Positions 37,156-46,821 of a stretch of DNA of 64,000 bases are shown here, in pieces; positions within the stretch are counted from its first letter, which is position 1, and each line of letters starts with the position of its first letter. Source of the stretch: Candidatus Spechtbacteria bacterium. GTDB taxonomy: Bacteria > Patescibacteriota > Minisyncoccia > Spechtbacterales > JACPHP01. The position numbers and the translations under genes are program-made. The notes beneath the pieces are model-generated. The model did no database searches. It was given only the letters and a program-made list of their open reading frames with translations, and was not told the DNA's origin. The stretch covers positions 24,786 to 88,785 of the forward strand of contig JACPHP010000009.1 of assembly GCA_016188605.1 (NCBI GenBank), written 5' to 3'.

Positions 37156-38628
37156 ATGCGATTCAATAATCTAAACCTAACCCAGCGCATTACTTTAAAT
37201 ACTATTGCGGCTGTCGGTGTTCGAGTTGCGGGAGGTTTTTTTGCGCTTTTAATAGTAGGCATCACAACACGCGCCCTTGGTCTTGATGGATTTGGCGAGT
37301 ATTCTACGGTAATTGCGTATCTCTCCACAGTTGGTATTTTTGTTGATCTGGGGCTTTACACCTTGATGACGCGCGAGATCTCGTCTGTAGAAGATAAAAA
37401 CGAGGAGAAGAAAATTGTAAGCTATTTTTTCACTCTGCGCCTGGCGCTCGCGGTGATTTTTTTTGTTCTGGCCGTGGCAGGATCGTTTTTATTTCCATAT
37501 ACCACCGCGGTGAAAATTGGAATTATTATTACATCAAGCGGGTATATTTTTCTTTCGCTATCGCAGGTGTTAATGGGAGTTTTTCAAAAATATCTTCATA
37601 TTGAGAAAGCAAGTATAGCGGAGCTTGTTGGGCGTGTCGTTCAGCTTATTTTTGTTTCACTTTTCTTTATACTCGGCGGCGAATTATTTGCGTATTTGTG
37701 GGCCGTGGTATTTGGAACCTTTGCGACTCTCGTGGCCAATATATTTTTTGCTAGAAAGTTTGTAGCTTTTGGGTTAGCCATATCTATTCCCTATTGGCGT
37801 AAGACACTCGTTACAACACTGCCGATCGCAATCTCTTTATTATTTATTCTGCTCTATTTTAAAATCGACGCGATTATTCTTTCTTTAATAAAATCTCCAA
37901 GAGATGTCGGAATATATAGCGTGGCATACAAAACACTGGAAACATTAATTTTTTTCCCTGCTATGTTCGTAGGAATTACAATGCCAATACTATCCCGCGC
38001 CGCGGTAAATAAGGACGAGTTTTCTCGGACGTTTCAACGTGTATTTAATGCTTTGGTTATAAGCGCGCTGCCTATTGTTGTGGGTGGCATTCTGACCGCC
38101 TCTTCAATAGTAAATATTATAGGAGGATATCAATTTTTACTTTCAACCCTGCCACTTCAAGTGCTTTTTCTTGCCGTAGGAATAATATTCTTTGGGACCC
38201 TAGCTGGAAGCAGCGTTGTTGCTCTTAACATACAAAAAAGAGCAATGTGGATTTATTTCTTAGGAATGGTTTTTAATGTAATTGCTAATTTGATACTAAT
38301 CCCATCATATTCATACATGGCAGCTGCTTGGACGACTGTGATAACCGAGCTTATTGTAACCGCAATGCTTTTCTGGCTTATTTGGAGCAATATACGCGTT
38401 TTTCCAAAGTTTCGCGTATTATGGCGTAGCGCGCCGGCGGCTATTGCGACGGGTATATTTATATATATTTTTACTAACCCCATTAGCCAGCCGATGTCGG
38501 TGTGGTATTTTATACTTATTATCGGGTTTGCTAGCGCAATCTATGGATCGTTGCTTGTTCTGTTTAGAGCAATAACAAAAGATGATTTGAGATTGCTTAA
38601 TATATACAGAAGCCCCAAATCCCAATGA
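37156..38628 (+). CDS. Wzx-type polysaccharide flippase
   Basis: Many TMs, DLGL....TRE, VGIYS.AY, N.ILIP.Y...AA. Confidence 0.85.
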   Translation: MRFNNLNLTQRITLNTIAAVGVRVAGGFFALLIVGITTRALGLDGFGEYSTVIAYLSTVGIFVDLGLYTLMTREISSVEDKNEEKKIVSYFFTLRLALAVIFFVLAVAGSFLFPYTTAVKIGIIITSSGYIFLSLSQVLMGVFQKYLHIEKASIAELVGRVVQLIFVSLFFILGGELFAYLWAVVFGTFATLVANIFFARKFVAFGLAISIPYWRKTLVTTLPIAISLLFILLYFKIDAIILSLIKSPRDVGIYSVAYKTLETLIFFPAMFVGITMPILSRAAVNKDEFSRTFQRVFNALVISALPIVVGGILTASSIVNIIGGYQFLLSTLPLQVLFLAVGIIFFGTLAGSSVVALNIQKRAMWIYFLGMVFNVIANLILIPSYSYMAAAWTTVITELIVTAMLFWLIWSNIRVFPKFRVLWRSAPAAIATGIFIYIFTNPISQPMSVWYFILIIGFASAIYGSLLVLFRAITKDDLRLLNIYRSPKSQ

Positions 38629-38692
38629 CCAATGTTGTTGCCACGCAATTTTACGTTAGGCATTTGTGTTTGGTCGCCGGGATTTATAGGTT

Positions 38693-39934
38693 ATGCTATC
38701 CATGCAAACATTTACCATTCTAATAATATTGTTTTTTTCTGCGGTCGCTTTATATAAGAGGCAGTGGGGTTTATATCTGTTTGTATTTCTATTGCCGCTA
38801 TATATTTTTCGCATTGATGTGCAGGTATTTAACACCGGAAGGATGGTAGCGTTATCTATAAGCGAAATATTATTCTACATACTTACAATCATAGTATTGA
38901 TAAGAGATTGGCGCGAAGCGGGTAGAAAAATGAGAGAATTAATTATTAGAGAGAAGCTTTTATTGTTAGGTATTTTATATCTTTTATCTGGTGTTTTTGT
39001 TGGTGTGTGGCAGAGCAACAATGCCCTACAGACGGTGGGTATCTTGCGTGGCTGGATTATAGCACCAACGGCACTGTTCTTTATATCCATAATAATCAGA
39101 GCCAATAAGGAATATATTGCAAGGGCGCTTGCGGTCAGCGCGTCGTTTGTTGCCGCGGCAAGTTTTTTTGCGCCCCACGCCTTTAATGCAGACGTAAGGC
39201 TGCAGGGTTTCCTTGGGTCTCCTAATTACTTGGCTATGTATCTCGCCCCCCTATTGCCTTTTATACTATACGAAATTTTTAAATGTATTAGAGATAAAAA
39301 ACCTTTTATAACATCTGCTTTTTGGGTGGCAGGTTGCGCGGTGACCACAACAGCAATATTTTTTTCATTTTCACAAGGGGCATGGCTTGGGATTGTTGCG
39401 GCGCTTGTTGTTGCGGCGTTGTGGTATGCTAAAAAAAGATTTTCAACAAATGCCATTATTATCGCAATGTTTTTTATAATTTTATTTAGTGAGTTTATTG
39501 GGCAGTCGTTTTTACAAGACTCCATTGCTTCTTCGTTGAAATCTCGCGCTGGGCTGTGGGAGGCCGCGTGGAACATCGGCGTCTCCCATCCCCTATTTGG
39601 TATTGGCGCCGGCATGTTCCCCGAAGCCTATAAGATTCAAAAACACATTGTGCTTTACCCCACCAGCATGGAAACAGCGTTGCACCCACATAATATTTTT
39701 CTATCTTTTTGGCTTTACGGCGGATTACTAGGAATGCTTGGTTTTGGGATTATTCTTATTTGGCTCGCTAAAAAATTATATATAAGGCTTTTAGAAAAAG
39801 AAAAAAACAGCGCTATGTTATATGGCGCTGTTGCCGCGGCGTTTATCATTATATTAGTTCACGGGCTAGTAGATACCACCTATTGGAAAAACGATCTGGC
39901 GTTTATGTGGTGGATTCTACTGGCTATGGTGTAG
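38693..39934 (+). CDS. O-antigen ligase family protein
   Basis: PN.LA.Y, S.GAW, R..LW, HPLFGIG.G.F, HPHNIFL, HGLVD. Confidence 0.85.
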   Translation: MLSMQTFTILIILFFSAVALYKRQWGLYLFVFLLPLYIFRIDVQVFNTGRMVALSISEILFYILTIIVLIRDWREAGRKMRELIIREKLLLLGILYLLSGVFVGVWQSNNALQTVGILRGWIIAPTALFFISIIIRANKEYIARALAVSASFVAAASFFAPHAFNADVRLQGFLGSPNYLAMYLAPLLPFILYEIFKCIRDKKPFITSAFWVAGCAVTTTAIFFSFSQGAWLGIVAALVVAALWYAKKRFSTNAIIIAMFFIILFSEFIGQSFLQDSIASSLKSRAGLWEAAWNIGVSHPLFGIGAGMFPEAYKIQKHIVLYPTSMETALHPHNIFLSFWLYGGLLGMLGFGIILIWLAKKLYIRLLEKEKNSAMLYGAVAAAFIIILVHGLVDTTYWKNDLAFMWWILLAMV

Positions 39935-39936
39935 CT

Positions 39937-40689
39937 CTACGGAACTTGAATTTGATTAATATCAAGTATGGGCATGCGAATATCAAGCGTGGCAGGGTCA
40001 AATCCCTTTGAGCGAATCCAATCAAGCGCAAGACCTTCTTGCCCCTGCAGCTCGTCAAAAATCTCTTGGCGAGTTTTTAGTCGGTCTGCCGAATCAGAAG
40101 GAATATTTACTGATATAAGATAATGCGCTTTTAAGTTTGCTTCATCTGACACCCCATAATCAACATGGAATCCGTCTGATTCATGTGGTAGTAATCGTAG
40201 TAACGGATTAGCCTCCTCAAGGCGTTTTTGAAAATCTATTAATTGCGAATAACCAAGTTTATTGTACTCATAGGACTGCTTGGTATTAGAGAATCCTCTA
40301 ACTACGATTGGCGTTTGGTCTGAGGTTCTGAATTGTAGATTTCCTCGCACAGCACGGTTTAAAGGATTAAATCCTCGAGTATTTAACGAAATAGAGAAAT
40401 CTGTATTTAGTGAAAGATTTGGAACTGGAGTTATGGTAATATTGGGTCCACTTGTAGATATTCTTGCAAACTTAAGCATGTCTGGGTAATTACTTTGTAT
40501 TTGCCCGATAATATTATTCGGCAAAGAGCTACTAAATGTCATAATGATTTCAATATCGGGTGAGGTGGATACGTTTTTTGTCTCTGGAAAAGAAGAAACA
40601 AGCGTGATTGGCCACAGCAACTGTGTCAGTACGAGAGAGAGAACATATAAGAGTATCAATACCGGTAGTACTAATAAAAATCTTTTCAT
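39937..40689 (-). CDS. Membrane-anchored Ig-like domain protein at end of pilin cluster
   Basis: N-terminal TM, VSSFP....V...I..TFS, beta-rich, FRT motif. Confidence 0.55.
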   Translation of the reverse strand: MKRFLLVLPVLILLYVLSLVLTQLLWPITLVSSFPETKNVSTSPDIEIIMTFSSSLPNNIIGQIQSNYPDMLKFARISTSGPNITITPVPNLSLNTDFSISLNTRGFNPLNRAVRGNLQFRTSDQTPIVVRGFSNTKQSYEYNKLGYSQLIDFQKRLEEANPLLRLLPHESDGFHVDYGVSDEANLKAHYLISVNIPSDSADRLKTRQEIFDELQGQEGLALDWIRSKGFDPATLDIRMPILDINQIQVP

Positions 40690-40700
40690 AAGCGCACTAT

Positions 40701-42212
40701 TTAATTGCCAAACCCTATATAGCGATATGCATGCGTCATTCTTGATTGCCAACGATCAGGTCCGGTAGGAAGATAATTCTCTAAAGAAGCTTGCCATTCC
40801 CTTCTAACAACGCCATCAGCCCCCACTGGGTCGTCGAGCCAAATTGCAACATGTCCATCTGGCCCCCAACCATTGTTTGTAGGAAATAAAATATCACCCG
40901 GCCTTAATTGGCTAGAATCAGTTATGTTAACAAATTGAAAGTTCGGATTATTCTTAAGATAATCCTCTTGTGTTGGCGTGCCAATATCGGGAAAACTAGG
41001 ATCAATTGTTGCCTTTACAACGCTAGCTACGTAAATACCACAATCAGCACCATAGAAATTTGTTGCAGTCTTAAGGTAGAGTGGTTCTGCGTGAATATAA
41101 AGCTGGTGTTCGGGAGCGCTGGGATTAAGTGTTTGTTGGAAGGGTTTTATGGCAAATCCACGAGCAACGCGCGCGAAGTCGGTATACGTGGTTCCTCCAA
41201 CCACTCCCCCGCCAATTCCAGCACTTCCTCCAACCCCACCATAATACTGAAGCTTTATACTTGATACATCATTATCCCAATGATCAATAATACAACCATC
41301 CGTAAGGCAAATTAGATTGAAGTTAATAAATAATATTCCTGCCTTGTTTCTACTATCTCCGGTTACTTTAGATAAACAGTCCTGCGTTACGTTGCTGTCT
41401 AGAAACTTTTGTTTGCACGTATAAGTTGTGCCATGAACTGTTACTTCTATCCATCCTTTGGCCGGCTGGCCAGTATTGTTATTTGGATACTGGAAAAAAG
41501 TTGCCTTAGTATTTCCGGTAACAACTGCCATCTGAACCTTGCCATCATAATTACCCACAATGTTTCCAGCAGAATCAATAATTGGTAGGTTGTATAAATT
41601 TTCATTTCCCGGGATACTAATTGCAGTTGGGCAATTTTTTGTTATGTCAAAGGGTGGCGTGCCGTCTAATCTAGACAGGTCGTGTAATGCGTAAATGCAT
41701 ACGCCGTTTTGTAATCCTTGCGTCCCGCCTCCTACCGCGCCGGAAAGGGTTGGGAAGTCGGGATTGCTGCAAGCCGGCATGCCCGGAGCGCCGCATATTT
41801 TAAACGAACTTTCGCTCGGTGTAAGCAACTGCGGATTGATATTGGCAAGTAAAATATATGATCCGAGCAAGATTACCATGCCAACAAGAACATCGCGAAT
41901 GCGCTGCTGTGCTTTAAGCCGTTTCCACGGCGAGCCGGTTGAGGTGGCGAGCGTAAACATGGCGACCAGCAGCGCGCCCAACGCCATAAGCCCAGCAAGC
42001 CATAGCGCGCCGGCAAAAGCAAACTGCAAAATCTGCGGAATAGTTATACCGCCGGCGATTTGGTCTAGCGTGTTAAGTGTTTGGGGCAGATCTCCAAATC
42101 CGGGAATATGTGGGTATTGTAGTTCAAGAGCATTCGCCGAAGGCGAATACAAGAATCCCACAACCAAAAAAAGAGCGAAGAAAAATAGTTTTTGTAAAAT
42201 TTTTTTAATCAT
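40701..42212 (-). CDS. T4SS pilin (VirB2/TrbC-like) fused to crystallin-like spacer and NlpC/P60-like peptidase
   Basis: Signal + two-TM pilin ending INPQLL; WDNDVSSIK; C-terminal ADCG.YV, LRPGDIL, GHVAIW. Confidence 0.7.
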   Translation of the reverse strand: MIKKILQKLFFFALFLVVGFLYSPSANALELQYPHIPGFGDLPQTLNTLDQIAGGITIPQILQFAFAGALWLAGLMALGALLVAMFTLATSTGSPWKRLKAQQRIRDVLVGMVILLGSYILLANINPQLLTPSESSFKICGAPGMPACSNPDFPTLSGAVGGGTQGLQNGVCIYALHDLSRLDGTPPFDITKNCPTAISIPGNENLYNLPIIDSAGNIVGNYDGKVQMAVVTGNTKATFFQYPNNNTGQPAKGWIEVTVHGTTYTCKQKFLDSNVTQDCLSKVTGDSRNKAGILFINFNLICLTDGCIIDHWDNDVSSIKLQYYGGVGGSAGIGGGVVGGTTYTDFARVARGFAIKPFQQTLNPSAPEHQLYIHAEPLYLKTATNFYGADCGIYVASVVKATIDPSFPDIGTPTQEDYLKNNPNFQFVNITDSSQLRPGDILFPTNNGWGPDGHVAIWLDDPVGADGVVRREWQASLENYLPTGPDRWQSRMTHAYRYIGFGN

Positions 42213-43691
42213 TTATCGTGTTACCGGAGGATTCAAAGGGATTTTCGCTCCATTTGTTCCAAGAGGAACAAAACGATCATAGGTTGCTCCAAAATTTTTT
42301 ATAAAATTTGGATTATTCGCGCATATAAAATTTTGATTGGGACCGCAGAACCAACGTACCCACTCGGCAAAATCATTAGGGTGTTCGTTGTGAGTAAAGT
42401 TGATAAAACAATCAAGCGATTGTTGAAAGGGTACTGTAGATAATACACCGCCCGGAAAACATCCAAACCCGCTGGCCGCATCAACTCCCGGGCTTGATGC
42501 GCCAGACTCCTCGGCCCATATAGAAAAAGCAAAAGCCGGATTTATGGAATTAGCTATAGCGGCATCAATAACCCTTTGTCCTAGCTCTTCAACGCGATTG
42601 TCAGTGAATCCCATTGTGTCTAAAATATTTTTAGCCCTAGCAAGGTCTACTGCAACAGAAGAGTCTGTATGCGATATAGTATACGTGAGGGGCTGTGGAG
42701 GATTGATAACCGCTCCTCCTCCCAATAAACTTACCTTTATACTAGATATATCATCTTCCCAGCGGTCGCCAAAGGAACCACAGCTTGATTCTATACATAT
42801 ATTTTTAAAATTCACGTAAAGCAAACCGCCCTTATTCCTGGGGTCAGAGCCAAGATCGTTTTTACAATCATGTATATCTTGACCTGTATTAGGTTTGCGT
42901 CGGCAAGAGTAGTTGGCGCCATCTTTGATGATTTCTATCCATCCTTTGTCGTCTTGTCCTGCATTGTAGTCTCTGTATTGGTAAAAGGTGGCTTTTGTAG
43001 TAGTGCCTGTAATGATAGCGAAGTATACTTTACCATCCCAATTTAATGGTCCGCTCGATCCTGGTACAATGCGGGGATTATTAGTTAAATCTGCATCACC
43101 GGGCGGGATAATTTGAGCTGGGCAATCTTTTGTGATGTCAAAAGGTGTCCCTAGGTTTATAGGCGTTGTATCTAGCATACACACGCCTGACGTTAGGGAT
43201 AAAGTTGGGTCTATTTCGCTTCCTCCGCCCAATATGTCTGGGAAATCAGGATTCTTGCATTGAATTGTTCCTCCTCTGCCATCGGGCGCGCCACAAATAC
43301 GGAAATACTGGCCACCCAAGGTTAATAATTGGGGGTTAAGAAGGCCAAGGACGATGTATACGCCAAGCAGAATTACCACACCAATCATCACATCCCATAT
43401 TCTATTTTTTGCATTCATTTGTTTCCATGGCGCGCCTTGGGACGTGGCATACATAAATCCTGCTATAATAAGCGCCCCAAACGCCATTAGCCCCGCGATC
43501 CACAGTGAAAAAGCCAGCACGAATTGGACAAGCTGACCAATTCCAAGCGCGCCGCTATTGTAAAGCGTATTTAAATCCCCAAATCCCGGAATGGTGGGAT
43601 ATTGGAGCTCAAGAGCACGCGTGGGGGGAGCAATAACACTGAAAAGAATACTAGCTAAAAATATATATATTTTTTTATTTAGTTTAATCAT
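42213..43691 (-). CDS. T4SS pilin fused to crystallin-like spacer and lysozyme-like domain
   Basis: Pilin ending LNPQLL; WEDDISSIK; C-terminal INPAFAFSIWAEESG...FGC. Confidence 0.65.
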   Translation of the reverse strand: MIKLNKKIYIFLASILFSVIAPPTRALELQYPTIPGFGDLNTLYNSGALGIGQLVQFVLAFSLWIAGLMAFGALIIAGFMYATSQGAPWKQMNAKNRIWDVMIGVVILLGVYIVLGLLNPQLLTLGGQYFRICGAPDGRGGTIQCKNPDFPDILGGGSEIDPTLSLTSGVCMLDTTPINLGTPFDITKDCPAQIIPPGDADLTNNPRIVPGSSGPLNWDGKVYFAIITGTTTKATFYQYRDYNAGQDDKGWIEIIKDGANYSCRRKPNTGQDIHDCKNDLGSDPRNKGGLLYVNFKNICIESSCGSFGDRWEDDISSIKVSLLGGGAVINPPQPLTYTISHTDSSVAVDLARAKNILDTMGFTDNRVEELGQRVIDAAIANSINPAFAFSIWAEESGASSPGVDAASGFGCFPGGVLSTVPFQQSLDCFINFTHNEHPNDFAEWVRWFCGPNQNFICANNPNFIKNFGATYDRFVPLGTNGAKIPLNPPVTR

Positions 43692-43693
43692 AT

Positions 43694-46312
43694 TTAATTT
43701 ATGTTTTGTGCAAATGACTGGTAAGCTTGATATAGCGTATCCCAGTCACGATGGAATATGTGGTCCATTCCTCGGTCGCGATCACCGTCACCGTTATCAG
43801 TAGGTGTTGCCATAAATCCCCACTGACAGTAAAATCCTGTTCCTGCGGTAAAGGCTTTTTGCATGTCATCGCTGATATTTTGAGAACGGTCGTCATTTGG
43901 TCCCGCGTTAAAACCCGCCTCATCAAGTATATAGGGTTTATTTTGCTGTTGGGCAATCCATAAATCTTGATCATTAAATCCATTATAGGAGTGAGCGCCA
44001 ACGAAGTCGAAAGAATTATAAAGATCAAGCGCTTGATCTTGAGATAAGCCCGCCTGCTCTGTTTTTTCTAAACCTGTTCCTATCAAATGATATGGATCTT
44101 GTTTTCGTATTTCATCAGCCATATTTTTCATAAAGGCAACTAAATCTTCATTGTTTCCTCCCTGAAGAGTGTTGTTGCGCAACTCATTACCTACTTGCCA
44201 TGCAAATATGCCAGGATGCCTGCCGCCTCCTATTTGTTCTGTGATAAGGCGTACCCATGGCAGGTAGTTTTGTCTAAAACCTTGTTTAAACCACTGTGGA
44301 TTGAGCACCGCAGGTATGTTGGGCGAGCCATCAGATTGATAATACGCATCGTCTCCTGGTGGGGAAAAACCAGTTTGGAACCAATCGGTTAGTGCAACAA
44401 TAACTCGCATATCGTATTGATAATAGGCCTTATCGAGAAAAATTCGTACACGATCCACTGATTGTTGCGGAGTGAGAGAATTGTTCGCCCCAAACAGTCT
44501 TATGACTTTCACACCCATTGCTTTTGCAGCGGCAAGCTGGGTATCTTCTGTGCCACCCGCTTGTTGTACATATCCTACACCAGCGCCATAGTGCGCCAGT
44601 CCCCTATTGCTTATGCAGATACCTCGAAAAGGGGTTGTTCCCAGGACAAAATTTTTGCCATTACTACTAACCACTCCAGCGATAGGCGCCGACGAATTTC
44701 CTGGTGGTCTTCCATTCCCACCTCCACTCGACCCACCTCCTCCGGTGGTTCCTCCTCCCCCGGCCGCGCCTCCGCCAACTCCAAGCGCGCTTGCCCCGTC
44801 GCAAAAATAGAAATCTTCATTGCGGCAGGTTTGGGTATCTGTGCGCGTAGCTGTGTCGGGGCAGCAAAAGTCGCTGCTGCTACAGTAAACATTTTCGTGT
44901 ATCGCTGATTTTTTCTTTGTTTCGTTACAAGTGGTAAGCCAAAGGTTGTGAGGAGTAGCGGGGTCATAGTTTGCAATTGCAAGCACTCCCAGAGGATCAA
45001 TTTGTTCGGCAAGATACGCCAAGCTTGCTGTGGAGTTTGCGTCTGTGCCAAGCGCCTGAAGCCGGGCGCGAAAGGCGTTAAGCTGGGCAAGCTTCGCCCA
45101 TGTATCTGGTGAGCAGGATTTGTCGTAATTATTGTACGCGCCACCCTGCCTATTTTCGCAATTTCCAGCCGCCGTGCCAATACCCGCAGAACAGGTTGTG
45201 GACGAGGGGCATACAAACTGGGTGTTTGAACACGAGCACGCGTTGATGGCATTAGATATGGAATTGATATTATCAATAAGCGCCTGTTCTTTTTGTAATA
45301 ATTCCGGAATTTTTAGTGTCAGTCTTCTAAAAGTCGTATGGTCTGTGTTGCCGCAAAAATAATCAGTACTCTCAGCGCAGTCAGTGCAGTTTTTTGCCAA
45401 ATCAGAGAAAGGTACTGCCAGCGAATAATTTAATAGCTCGCCCGAAATAGTCACGCACGATTGAATTTGCGCACGTATTGGTTTAATCTCGTTATTCCAA
45501 AAAGTGCGAAGGTCGTTAAGAATATTAATTGTTTCTCCAAGCAATGTATTGGCTGTACCGCGAGCTGCGCATGGCTCCGGGCTTCCTCCAGATGACTGTG
45601 TGCAGGGATCTGCGACGCATGTAGACGGCGGCTGGCACTCCCAACCGCAAGAAGTGCAATCTTTCCCGCAAGACCTGCATATGTAAGCGCCCGGAGTATA
45701 GGGGGTGGGTGTTATCCCTTGGCACGCGCTTGCGGAACAGCCCGCGAGTCCATCTTTTACTTTGGTTACCAGACCGTTGTAGATTAGCCCATCCGGCAGA
45801 GAATTATACATATCTTGTATTAACACATCCGTGTTATCAAGCGCTTTCCCCAACGCGTATTTTGAAAATTGGCTGCCGGGAGCAATGGTATTGGGAATAT
45901 TAGGCGAAATTGTTGATACGGAAATATCAGGGAACGCCGGTGCTTCGCGAAAACCCAGGGTGGTCAGCTGAGGATTTATGAAATTTAAAAAAATTACCGC
46001 GCCAAGCAGCATCAGTATGCCTACGATAATGCTAATGATATGGTTACGAGCCGCAAGGCGTTTCAAGGGCGTTTGTCCGCTTGTGGCAAGCTGGAAACCG
46101 ATCATAATTATTCCCGCAACAGCCACTAAACTGCCTACGCCAAGCGATGCGTTAAAAATAATTTTAGTAATTTCGCCGATTGTAAGAGTATCTTTAATTG
46201 GTAAAAAGGAAGGATATGAAAGCTCCAGCGCTTGAGCTGGATGAACGACAAAAAGGCCGAAGATGAGCGCTGTGGCCAGGTAAGGCAATGCATCTATAAT
46301 TTTTTTAAGCAT
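43694..46312 (-). CDS. T4SS pilin fused to Cys-rich stalk and GH5 (mannanase/cellulase-like) glycoside hydrolase
   Basis: Pilin ending INPQLT; about 26 Cys in stalk; G.KVIRLF, FAWQVGNEL, HSY, KPYILDEAG. Confidence 0.75.
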   Translation of the reverse strand: MLKKIIDALPYLATALIFGLFVVHPAQALELSYPSFLPIKDTLTIGEITKIIFNASLGVGSLVAVAGIIMIGFQLATSGQTPLKRLAARNHIISIIVGILMLLGAVIFLNFINPQLTTLGFREAPAFPDISVSTISPNIPNTIAPGSQFSKYALGKALDNTDVLIQDMYNSLPDGLIYNGLVTKVKDGLAGCSASACQGITPTPYTPGAYICRSCGKDCTSCGWECQPPSTCVADPCTQSSGGSPEPCAARGTANTLLGETINILNDLRTFWNNEIKPIRAQIQSCVTISGELLNYSLAVPFSDLAKNCTDCAESTDYFCGNTDHTTFRRLTLKIPELLQKEQALIDNINSISNAINACSCSNTQFVCPSSTTCSAGIGTAAGNCENRQGGAYNNYDKSCSPDTWAKLAQLNAFRARLQALGTDANSTASLAYLAEQIDPLGVLAIANYDPATPHNLWLTTCNETKKKSAIHENVYCSSSDFCCPDTATRTDTQTCRNEDFYFCDGASALGVGGGAAGGGGTTGGGGSSGGGNGRPPGNSSAPIAGVVSSNGKNFVLGTTPFRGICISNRGLAHYGAGVGYVQQAGGTEDTQLAAAKAMGVKVIRLFGANNSLTPQQSVDRVRIFLDKAYYQYDMRVIVALTDWFQTGFSPPGDDAYYQSDGSPNIPAVLNPQWFKQGFRQNYLPWVRLITEQIGGGRHPGIFAWQVGNELRNNTLQGGNNEDLVAFMKNMADEIRKQDPYHLIGTGLEKTEQAGLSQDQALDLYNSFDFVGAHSYNGFNDQDLWIAQQQNKPYILDEAGFNAGPNDDRSQNISDDMQKAFTAGTGFYCQWGFMATPTDNGDGDRDRGMDHIFHRDWDTLYQAYQSFAQNIN

Positions 46313-46667
46313 CGGCAGATTGCATTAAAAACATAATTACGTTTATTGTCCACAAAGGCAGCGTTGTTCCTACTAGTGGAACATATTCCGCTAGCATCAA
46401 TGGCGCGCGGCGTTTGAGAAACTTACTTAATCTTCCAGTTGTGTTTACTCCTCCCCCGCCTCGCGTGTACATCCACCCTCCTAAGACTATTGTAAATAAA
46501 ATATCTGGTATCCACGCGATGATTTCACCTATTCCAAAGAATATATTTAACGCGAGCAAAATAAATCCAATAAAATCAGCAAACATCGCGGTGGTCAACA
46601 TTAAAATTCCCTCGGGATTGAAGGGCGTTGGCCTGGAATGGCTGGATTGTTGGACTTCTTCGGGCAT
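46305..46667 (-). CDS. Small membrane protein of T4SS-like cluster
   Basis: Hydrophobic, E.VP.VG..LP.WT motif. Confidence 0.6.
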   Translation of the reverse strand: MPEEVQQSSHSRPTPFNPEGILMLTTAMFADFIGFILLALNIFFGIGEIIAWIPDILFTIVLGGWMYTRGGGGVNTTGRLSKFLKRRAPLMLAEYVPLVGTTLPLWTINVIMFLMQSADA

Positions 46668-46677
46668 AGGACGGTAC

Positions 46678-46797
46678 TTATCTCAAATCTCAAAACTCAA
46701 ATCGCAAAACTGAATCTCAAATCGTAAAACTACCGACCGAGTAAGATTTTAGTTTTGCGATGTAGTTTTGAGATTTACCATTTGAGATTTGAGATAA
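46678..46797. repeat. Heptamer element family A (no nested insert)
   Basis: TTATCTCAAATCTCAAA...TTTGAGATTTGAGATAA. Confidence 0.88.
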
Positions 46798-46821
46798 TAT
46801 ATACTATTATCTCTGCACTTG

